A stretch of DNA of 64,000 bases from NCBI GenBank assembly GCA_950097015.1, contig CATNEN010000003.1:2046001-2110000 (forward strand), read 5' to 3'. Of this stretch, positions 47,795-59,700 are shown one piece after another. Below the pieces are notes generated by a model. That model was not told the origin of the DNA, did not search any database, and saw only the letters and a list, made by a program, of their open reading frames with translations. The position numbers and the translations under genes are program-made. The stretch comes from Macrostomum hystrix (Eukaryota; Animalia; Platyhelminthes). The stretch's first letter is position 1; each line of letters starts with the position of its first letter.

Positions 47795-50700
47795 ATGGAA
47801 AATGGCGGCCATGGTACAGCCTGCTGCGGTGCTACTAATGGAACAACTAACATTGACGAGTCGCAATCTAAGATGAAGAAGCGGTGAGTTTTTTTAATAT
47901 CGATTTAAACAAAACCGCTGACTAAGTTTAGCAACAGCAAACATTCAACTAGAAAGGCGGCTCTTGTTGACAGTTTCTTTTCTTTTTTCAATTTGACTAA
48001 TTGCTTTACGCTCTGTTGCGCCTTCTATTTCACAATGCATACAATTCTAGGGCTGAGACAGGGGTGACTGGCTGGACTTGCACTTTGAGGGAAGACATTG
48101 ACAATTTACGAAACTTTTTCAGGAGCTTGTTGGGGTGCCGTGCCACTTTGTTGCTTTGCTGTGTGCCTGTGTTTAATGGCCGTTAATTTGAAGCTTGACT
48201 GGAGTCGCATTCCTTTAAACAGAAAACTGAATACAAAAGAAAGAAGCCCACAACCTCCCTTATTGAGAGAGAGAAAAAGCTTTTGGTATAAGTTGATTTA
48301 AGCTATTAAACCATACTCTGATATTTATTATTCACAGCGGTTGCGTTTCTAGTTCTGCTGTGGGGTGGTGGGCGCTGGGTCTTTAGGCTGCATGCAGGCA
48401 GGGCAGGGCTTGGCCAAGTTGTGTGCGCGGGCTCAGTTAAATGGTCACGTGATCAAGCACTCCTTCGTTCCGACCTTGCCCCCCCGCTCTTATTGTGCTT
48501 ATTTGGAGTATGTACATTTGAATGTACGCAGCTGGGAGAGAAGGTTGGTGGGGGGACCTTATGTTCATTTAGCTAAGGCATTGTCGCGCGTTTTTAGCCA
48601 TAGCAAAGAAACTGAATGTTTGCTTGCCTACTGCTTTACATTTGCTTCATTATAGCCCGAACGAGTCTGCCAGAAACCAACCCAAGCATGTCTCCTAGGC
48701 TCCTATGTTAATGTTTCCATTCTCTGTGTTCTTCATAAGGCCAATCGAGGCATTAAAGTGAAATAGAATGCTTCCTATTCTACTCTAAGTCGGTCCCTGT
48801 CGCCAGTCGCCTATCTCGCCTCAACTGGGGCATATTTAAGCTCGGATTTTCTATCTAAAGTTCTTCGAATTAAGTGGCGCCACGCTGCACCCTGAAAATT
48901 TCGGAGGCTCTCTACGCGTCTACGCAAGACAACACTAAATCAAACGAATTGATTCTGACGTGTTTCATAGTTAATTTTTTTCCCTCTGTTATCTGCCGGC
49001 CGACCGGTAGCAAATCTTCTTGTGATTGAATTGAGTCTACCAATATCATAGGCAACCTAGCTAATCATTGCTGTGCAAGTCTAAGTTTTGTCTGTTATCG
49101 GATTTCAAAGAGCCCGCCCAAGATATAACAAACTACAACTGTCCACCTTATCCGCTACGTTTTATAACTTAATATTGATTATAGACTGGCCCCCGCTTCG
49201 CATTCAGTTATATATTAGCCAGTCTAAATCTTTAATTTCTGTTACTTGGTTAGATATCTTGCAATTCTAGTTTAGCTCTAATGAGCTGTATTAATATTGT
49301 ACTAGCCTAGCTGTTAGCCTTATGCAAATTGAATAAGCCAGCTCTAGCTTAGCATTTAAGTCTCATATACAGCTGAATTCATTATTAGCTTCCTAGACAT
49401 ATTGGCAAATAGTTGGCATTTAGCCTTAGCTATCACTGAACTATTAATTATTTACTGATCTTAATTATCAAATCATGCCGCGATTGAGAAGGTAGGTCAA
49501 GTGTTTCTTGCTTAGTGACTGTAACTTACTAATAAAGCGCATTAATTACACTTGTAGTTTATGTTAATTTAGCTTGCTTTGAGTAAAGTACATTTAAAAT
49601 ACTTTGGCCTGACTGTTGAAGGACCATGAATAGTAGGGTTAGCTAGCGGAGACCGTTGAAGGACCATGGATAGTAGGGTAGCTAGCGGAGACCGTTGAAG
49701 GACCATGGATAAAAGGGTAGCTAGCGGAGACCTTTGAAGGACCATGGATAGTAGGGTTAGCTAGCGGAGACCGTTGAAGGACCCATAAAAGGGTAGCTAG
49801 CGGAGACCGTTAAAAGACCATGGATAATAGGGTAACATGAATTGAGTGCCAGACGCCAATAGAATGACAAGTAATAAGACAAAGAAGAGGATTGCGAAAG
49901 TATATTAAAGGACTAGAACTGATACCAGCTAAGACAAAAAGTTGGTGATTTGGAAACCAATTTGATCTCCAATTCGTAGAAATGAAAATTAAATAGTTCA
50001 TTTTGCCGCTTGCCGCAATTTATTTTCATCCAGAAACGCCCAGAGGAACATGTCGGTGGAGGAGCAGGAGCGTGCGATCGAGACCATTTTCAAGATCCTC
50101 AAGGATAAGAAAGGTCGCGTTCCGGTCTCTAAGCTGTTCTCGGTAAGTCAGCTTGTTGTTAGCTTGTCAGTGGTTTTTTAGTGGGTCAGACTGGCTCAGA
50201 TTGGTGGGTCAGACTAGTTCAGATTGGTGGGTCAGACTAGCTCAGATTGGTGGGTCAGACTAGCTCAGATTGGTGGGTCAGACTAGCTCAGATTGGTGGG
50301 TCAGACTGGGTCAGATTGGTGGGTCAGACTAGCTCAGATTGGTGGGTCAGACTGGGTCAGATTGGTGGGTCAGACTGGGTCAGATTGGTGGGTCAGACTG
50401 GGTCAGATTGGTGGGTCAGACTGGGTCAGATTGATGGGTCAGACTGGCTCAGTTATGTGGGTCAGACTAGCTCAGATTGGTGGGTCAGACTAGCTCAGAT
50501 TGGTGGGTCAGACTGGCTCAGATTGGTGGGTCAGACTAGCTCAGATTGGTGGGTCAGACTGGGTCAGATTGGTGGGTCAGACTGGGTCAGATTGGTGGGT
50601 ATTCGCTAAGTATTCCTATATGTGCGTAAATAATTATTTAACTTGTAATATCCCCCAGGTAATTGAGGAAGCCGGAATCTACCTGAACGATCCACGCCTA

Positions 50701-53700
50701 AAAGATATCATGGAGAATGTCACCGAGTTGCAGAGAAAATCCATGAAGACTGAGGAATTGGCCAAAGATTCCTACTTTTTGGATAAGGACACTTTCAAGC
50801 GGTTAGTTGGCCTCCGCTTGCTTGCTTTCGTTTTTAAAAGCAGAAAATTAAATGTACGAGAGCAAGATGGAACTTGAAAGGAATCAGCTAGATTAAGGGA
50901 AGAATGATAAATATTGAAGAGGAAGATGGAGATGGCGAGAGGGGAACGAGAGAAATGGAGACGAGAAAAGGAGAGCCAGAAGGGGAAGAAAGCTAGGGGA
51001 GAAAAAGGGAGGGAGAAGGGGAAGAAAGAGGGACAATGGGAACAAAGATCAAGGGATAAAAAAGAGGGAGATGGGAAAAGAAATAGTCGAGAGAGAGACG
51101 GAGTGAGAATGAACATTTATATCCCCTCCTATTTATCCACTGCGCCAGCATCGTCGCGGACAATTGCGTGATGCTGCACCGCATTATGACCAACGATTTT
51201 GTCATTCAACAGTTTAAAAATTTCTGGGATGAGATTCTAAAAATCTATTACTCGTGCAAGGCTAACGACGATGGAGACGTGAGTTCGATTCGCAGAAAGC
51301 CAGAATTTTTGTGAAGATTTTCATTCGTAAAAACTGTAAAAACAAATTATTTATTCTTACAGCCCGCAAATTACATTCCTCAACTGGCCAGAGCCGACAG
51401 AAATCACTGGGGTGTCTCGGTCTGCACGGTCGACGGTCAAAGGTGAGTGGAGCGAGTGTTTATCCTGGTCATAGTACCACCAATGACCGATTCCCATCCA
51501 TAGTACTACCAATGACCAATTCCCAGTCATAGTACCACCAATGACCGATTCCCAGTCATAAGTACTACCAATGACCGATTCCCAGTCATAGTACCACCAA
51601 TGACCGATTCCCAGTCATAAGTACTACCAATGACCAATTCCCAGTCATAAGTGCTACCAATGACCGATTCCCAGTCATAAGTGCTACCAATGACCGATTC
51701 CCAGTCATAAGTACTACCAATGACCGATTCCCATCCATAGTACTACCAATGACCAATTCCCAGTCATAGTACCACCAGTGACCGATTCCCATCCATAGTA
51801 CTACCAATGACCAATTCCCAGTCATAGTACCACCAGTGACCGATTCCCATCCATAGTACTACCAATGACCAATTCCCAGTCATAGTACCACCAGTGACCG
51901 ATTCCCATCCATAGTACTACCAATGACCAATTCCCAGTCATAGTACTACCAATGACCGATTCCCATTCATAGTACTACCAATGACCGATTCCCATTCATA
52001 GTACTACCAATGACCAATTCCCAGTCATAGTACTACCAATGACTAATTCCCATTCATAGTACTACCAATGACTAATTTCCATTCATAGTACCACCAATGA
52101 CCAATTCCCAGTCATAGTACTACCAATGACCGATTCCCATTCATAGTACTACCAATGACCGATTCCCATTCATAGTACTAGCAATTACCGATTCCCATTC
52201 ATAGTACTACCAATGACCGATTCCCATTCATAGTACTACCAATGACCGATTCCCATTCATAGTACTACCAATGACCAATTCCCAGTGATAGTACTACCAA
52301 TGACTAATTCCCATTCATAGTACTACCAATGACCAATTCCCATTCATAGTACTACCAATGACCAATTCCCAGTCATAGTACTACCAATGACCAATTCCCA
52401 GTCATAGTACTACCAATGACCGATTCCCAGTCATAGTACTACCAATGACCGATTCCCATTCATAGTACCACCAATGACCAATTCCCAGTCATAGTACCAC
52501 CAATGACCAATTCCCAGTCATAGTACGAGTACCACCAATGACCAATTCCCAGTCATAGTACCACCAATGACCAATTCCCATTCATAGTACTACCAATGAC
52601 CAATTCCCAGTCATAGTACCACCAATGACCGATTCCCAGTCATAGTACTACCAATGACCGATTCCCATTCATAGTACCACCAATGACCAATTCCCAGTCA
52701 TAGTACCACCAATGACCAATTCCCAGTCATAGTACGAGTACCACTAATGACCAATTCCCAGTCATAGTACCACCAATGACCAATTCCCAGTCATAGTACC
52801 ACCAATGACCAATTCCCATTCATAGTACCACCAATGACCAATTCCCAGTCATAGTACCACCAATGACCAATTCCCAGTCATAGTACCACCAATGACCAAT
52901 TCCCAGTCATAGTACTAGACAGCAAAACATAAGCCAATGAAATGATCGAACATCCTTAACAGAGCCAGCGTGGGCGACACAACAATTCCGTTCTGCATCC
53001 AGTCGGCCAGCAAGCCGCTGAACTACGCGTTGGCCATCACCGTTCTAGGCGCCGGTGCTGTCCACGAGTACATCGGCTATGAACCGTCCGGCATCAGCTT
53101 CAACTCTATCGCGCTCAACAAAGAGAGTGAGTATACGCGTACTCAAAATGCCTAGATGGGCCTTTAAATCTAGCACATGCAGGCTGCGGGTTCAACAATT
53201 TGAATAAACCTGTCATTTCCCTACTCCCTTCTCTCGTTTCTCCCTTCCCTTCTCCCCTTCCCTTCTCCCCTTTCTCACTTCCCTTCTCCCTTCCTCACTT
53301 CCCTTCTCCCCTTCCTCACTTTCCTTTTTCCCTTCCTCCTTTCCTTCTACCTTCCCTTCTCCCCTTCCTTACTTCCCTTCTCCCCTTCCTCTATTATCTT
53401 CTTCCGTTCCACAATTCCCATCTCCTCTTCCCGCTTTTCATACGTTAGTGATAAATAGTGACCTCTACCTGCCTCACCCGAAGCCAATTGAAACTCATTC
53501 CAATCTAGACAAGCCGCACAACCCAATGATCAATTCTGGCGCAATCGTCACGTGCTCTCTGCTATACGCCGATCTCAAGCTGGCAGACAGGTTTGACAAT
53601 GTAAGCCCTGGGCCCGCTGTTGATGATGATGCTGCGCCTTCACCGCATACTCAAGCTGTGAGCGCTGGGGAATTTCTGGCTTGTGTCTGCTGCTGCTGCT

Positions 53701-56700
53701 GCTGGTGTTGCTGCTGACGTTGCTGCTGCTGATATTAGGTGTTAGAATATAGATAAGATAAACTACATAGACTGCAGGATAGATGGGATCAGCTACAAAG
53801 ACTGTCAGAGAGATGGGAATAGGAACACCTAAAATGACTGTAGGATAGATTAGGGACAAAAACTTGAATGCATCGACAAACTATAAAGACTATGGAATAG
53901 TTTAGATAAACTACATCGACTGTAGGATAGATCGGATAAACTGCAAAGACTATTAAAATAGATCGGATAAACTACAAAGACTATTAAAATAGATCGGATA
54001 AACTACAAAGACTATTAAAATAGATCGGATAAACTACAAAGACTATGAAAATAGATCGGATAAACTACAAAGACTATGAAAATAGATCGGATAAACTGCA
54101 AAGACTATTAAAATAGATCGGATAAACTGCAAAGACTATTAAAATGGATCGGATAAACTACAAAGACTATTAAAATAGATCGGATAAACTACAAAGACTA
54201 TGAAAATAGATCGGATAAACTGCAAAGACTATTAAAATAGATCGGATAAACTACAATGACTATTAAAATAGATCGGATAAACTACAAAGACTATGAAAAT
54301 AGATCGGATAAACTACAAAGACTATTAAAATAGATCGGATAAACTACAATGACTATTAAAATAGATCGGATAAACTACAAAGACTATGAAAATAGATCGG
54401 ATAAACTACAAAGACTGTAAGATGACCACGATTGCTGTTTGCCTGTTAGTTTTTTTTCACCCTTTAATTATGAGCACAGTTTGAGAATGAAACGAAGCGC
54501 TTATCTGTCATCGTTTTAAGGACGTTTATTTTTAAAGCAGTTTTTTTCTCTTCAGAATTAAGAATCAGCACAATATACATATTTTACAAAATCCTTTGTG
54601 TCAAAAACTTGTCAATTTGAAGTAATCTAATTTTGTCTTGTTTGACAAATTAGACTTGCTCCATTCTGTGTGTTGTGCTGTAATGGGTCTATTAGCTTCA
54701 ACAGAAATGACTAATTAGATTAGCTATAGTTAAGCTGGCTGCTAATTCTGTGTGCTTTGGGTTCGCTTAAAAACAAACATGCATGTCATTTTGTTTCGGG
54801 TGGCTGTGATAAATATCTATATATAATTAACTTAAAGTATACGCAGCTTATAAGGGTGAGATTCCAGTAGCTGGTTTGTTCAAAATCTTATTGCTTCCAA
54901 TAACTAACCACTGCTTGTTATAAACAATCATATTGTGATCAAACTGTTGATTTTATCACTAATTAGATGTATCATTCTATGATTTTTTATCCTAAAAGTT
55001 GATCCCTGAACACAAAGACCCTAGACCCGCCACCTCAATATCCTAGATCCCCAATCCTAATCCGAATTCAATCCCAATATCCTAGATCCCCAATCCCAAG
55101 ATTCTAGATCCCCAATCCCAAGATACTAGATCCCCAATCCTATGATTCTAGATCCCTAATCCCAATATCCTAGATACCCAATCCCAATATCCTAGATCCC
55201 CAATCCCAAGATTCTAGATCCCCAATCCTAATCCGAATCCAATCCCAATATCCTAGATCCCCAATCCCAAGATACTAGATTCCCAATCCCAATATTCTAG
55301 ATCCCAAATCCCAATATCCTAGATACCCAATCCTATGATCCTAGATCCCCAATCCCAAGATTCTAGATCCCCAATTCCATGATACTAGATCCACAATCCT
55401 AAGATCCTAGACCCCCAATCCCAATATTCTAGATCCCAAATCCCAATATCCTAGATCCCCAATCCTGGGATACGAGATCTCTAATATCTGATCCTAGATT
55501 GCTGAATGAAATGGCTTTCCTTATTCCGCCTACATGTGTACTTAAATATTTAAAATATAAGTATTACTAAAATTGAATCAATTCTCACCTGTACCGCCGT
55601 CAATTTGCAGGTGATCAATGCCTACAAGCACATAGCCGGCATGGAATTTATCGGGTTTAGCAATCCGACGTAAGACGGGATTTGGGATTTCTGTGTCTGT
55701 TTTTTGTTTCCTAACCTCATTGCTGGTTTTAGGGTTTTTTAACACTCATCAAAGTACAGTGCAGTACAGTACTCTTTTTACGTATTATCTACTCTCCCTT
55801 TAATCTCATCATAGTCTCCTTGTAATCTCATCATAGTCTCCCTTTAATCTCATCATAGTCTCCTTGTAATCTCATCATAGTCTCCTTGTAATCTCATCAT
55901 AGTCTCCTTGTAATCTCATCATAGTCTCCTTGTAATCTCATCATAGTCTCCTTGTAATCTCATCATAGTCTCCTTGTAATCTCATCATAGTCTCCCATTA
56001 ATCTCATCATAGTCTCCCATTAATCTCATCATAGTCTCCCATTAATCTCATCATAGTCTCCCATTAATCTCATGATAGTCTCCCTTTAATCTCATCATAG
56101 TCTCCCTTTAATCTCATCATAGTCTCCCATTAATCTCACCATAGTCTCCCTTTAATCTCATCATAGTCTCCCTTTAATCACATCATACTCTCACCCAACT
56201 AACCTTAATCTCTCATTGTTTTCACCTTTCTGCTGCAATTAAGAATTGTTTTCCTTTGTTCTAAATAATTTTTTAGCTTTCTGTCCGAGCGCGAAACGGC
56301 AGACAGAAACTTCTGCCTCGGCTATTACATGAAGGAGAACGAGGTGAGGATCTGCTGTAGAATATGTTGAAAACTATGTACGTTTAATGTACGCTTATAG
56401 TGCGTGAAATGTATGATTTTTCTTGAATTATCGGATTTACAATTTCACCTAAAATCCAATATAGAATCTCGCCTAAAATCCTATCTAAAATCAAATCTAG
56501 AATCCCATCTACAATCCTATCTACAATCCTATCTAGAATCCTATCTTGAATCCTATCTTCAATCCTATCTACAATCTTATCTACAATCTTATCTATAATC
56601 CTTTCTACAATCCCATCTACAATCCTATCTTGAATCCTATTTAAAATGCTATCTAGAATCCCACCTATAATCCTTTTCACAATGCTTTCTCGAATCCCAT

Positions 56701-59700
56701 TTTTTCCCAGTGTTTCCCGGCCGGCACGAACCTGCTGGAGGTTTTGGACTTCTACTTCCAACTGTGCTCAGTTGAGATCACTTGCGAGTCCGGCGCAGTG
56801 ATTGCTGCCACCTTGGCTAACGGCGGAATCTGCCCTCTGACTGGGGAGCGAGTTTTGTCCACCGAGGCAGTTCAGGACACCCTGTCACTCATGCATAGCT
56901 GCGGCATGTACGACTACTCGGGACAGTTCGCCTTTAAGGTGAGCCTAGCAATCCATTCTGCTCCTTCATCCACTGAGAGGCTAGACTAGCAATCCATTCT
57001 GTCCCTTCATCCACTGAGAGGCTAGACTAGCAATCCATTCTGTTCCTTCACCCACTGAGAGGCTAGACTAGCAATCCATTCTGTTCCTTCACCCACTGAG
57101 AGGCTAGACTAGCAATCCATTCTGTCCCTTCATCCACTGAGAGGCTAGACTAGCAATCCATTCTGTTCCTTCACCCACTGAGAGGCTAGACTAGCAATCC
57201 ATTCTGTTCCTTCATCCACTGAGAGGCTAGACTAGCAATCCATTCTGTTCCCTCATCCACTCAGAGGCTAGACTAGCAATCCATTCTGTTCCTTCATCCA
57301 CTGAGAGGCTAGACTAGCAATCCATTCTGTTCCTTCATCCACTCAGAGGCCAGACTAGCAATCCATTCTGTTCCTTCATCCACTGAGAGGCTAGACTAGC
57401 AATCCATTCTGTTCCTTCATCCACTGAGAGGCTAGACTAGCAATCCATTCTGTTCCTTCATCCACTGAGAGGCCAGACTAGCAATCCATTCTGTTCCTTC
57501 ACCCACTGAGAGGCTAGACTAGCAATCCATTCTGCTCCTTCATCCACTGAGGGGCTAGACTAGCAATCCATTCTGTTCCTTCACCCACTGAGAGGCTAGA
57601 CTAGCAATCCATTCTGTTCCTTCATCCACTGAGAGGCTAGACTAGCAATCCATTCTGTTCCTTCACCCACTGAGAGGCTAGACTAGCAATCCATTCTGTT
57701 CCTTCATCCACTGAGAGGCTAGACTAGCAATCCATTCTGTTCCTTCACCCACTGAGAGGCTAGACTAGCAATCCATTCTGTTCCTTCATCCACTCAGAGG
57801 CTAGACTAGCAATCCATTCTGTTCCTTCATCCACTGAGGGGCTAGACTAGCAATCCATTCTGTTCCTTCATCCACTCAGAGGCTAGACTAGCAATCCATT
57901 CTGTTCCTTCATCCACTGAGAGGCTAGACTAGCAATCCATTCTGTTCCTTCATCCACTGAGAGGCTAGACTAGCAATCCATTCTGTTCCTTCACCCACTG
58001 AGAGGCTAGACTAGCAATCCATTCTGTTCCTTCACCCACTGAGAGGCTAGACTAGCAATCCATTCTATTCCATCATCCACTGAGAGGCTAGACTAGCAAT
58101 CCATTCTGTTCCTTCACCCACTGAGAGGCTAGACTAGCAATCCATTCTGTTCCTTCATCCACTGAGAGGCTAGACTAGCAATCCATTCTGTTCCTTCACC
58201 CACTGAGAGGCTAGACTAGCAATCCATTCTGTTCCTTCACCCACTGAGAGGCTAGACTAGCAATCCATTCTGTTCCTTCATCCACTGAGAGGCTAGACTA
58301 GCAATCCATTCTGTTCCTTCATCCACTGAGAGGCTAGACTAGCAATCCATTCTGTTCCTTCACCCACTGAGAGGCTAGACTAGCAATCCATTCTGTTCCT
58401 TCATCCACTGAGAGGCTAGACTAGCAATCCATTCTATTCTTTGCTTGACTCTATTCTGCATCTGTGGAAAAAGTCGTGCGTGATAATAATTTTCTGAACC
58501 CTTACTTTCACACAGAAGCCAATCTTATTCTAAATTTATTAGCGAATTATTTTTCTTTGAGAGAACCTCAGATCAAAGGCCTGTTGTAAAGGTGTGAGCG
58601 AGCTTTATCTTCATAAAGTACTAACCAGCGGAATAAAATTAGCATTAATCTATTCAGCATACTAGCGATATGCTGGATAAACTAAATCTAAAAATCTAAT
58701 GCGTAAATAAAGGTTTTAATCAACTTTGTATTCTATATCGAACTAGGCAATGCTATAAACGAATTTTCAACTGTGTCAGATCATGTGTCAGGAATGCACT
58801 TTATTGTCACACCTTAGCCAATAACCTGATGAAACTATTGGCGCCTCTCATCCAATATCCAATCAAACATCCTTACAAAATGCTTTTCACAATCGTACCA
58901 CAATCGTTCCACAATCCTACAACCTTAAATCACATGCGGAATCCTACCCGACATCCCATCCAGAATTCCACACAAAATCCCATCCAGAACCCTACGTAAA
59001 ATCCTATTCAGAATTCCACACAAAATCCCATCCAGAACCCTACCTAAAATCCTATCCAGAATCCCACACGACATCCCATCCAGAATCCCACCTAAAATCC
59101 TATCCAGAATCCCACCCGACATCCCATCCAGAATCCACCTAAAATCCTATCCAGAATCCCACCCGACATCCCATCCAGAATCGCATCCAAAATCCTATCC
59201 AGAATCCAACTTAAAATCCTATTTACAATCCCACCCAGAATCCCATCTAAAATCCCATCCGATGGATAAACCCATCCCATGAAAACGAAGTTTACCAACG
59301 GATGCAGAATCCCACCTAAGATAACATCCAGAATCCCACCCACAATCCTATCCAGAATCCCACCTAAAATCCCATCCAGAATCCCACCTAAAATCCTATC
59401 CAGAATCACACCTTAAATCCCATCCAGAATCCCACCCACAATCCTATCCAGAATCCCACCTAAAATCCCATCCAGAATCCCACCTAAAATCCCATCCAGA
59501 ATCCCACCTAAAATCCTATCCAGAATCCCACCTAAAATCCTATCCAGAATCCCACCTAAAATCCTATCCAGAATCACACCTTAAATCCTATCCAGAATCC
59601 CACCTAAAATCCTATCCAGAATCACACCTTAAATCCCATCCAAAACCCCACCTAAAATCCTATCCAGAATCACACCTTAAATCCCATCCAGAATCCATCC

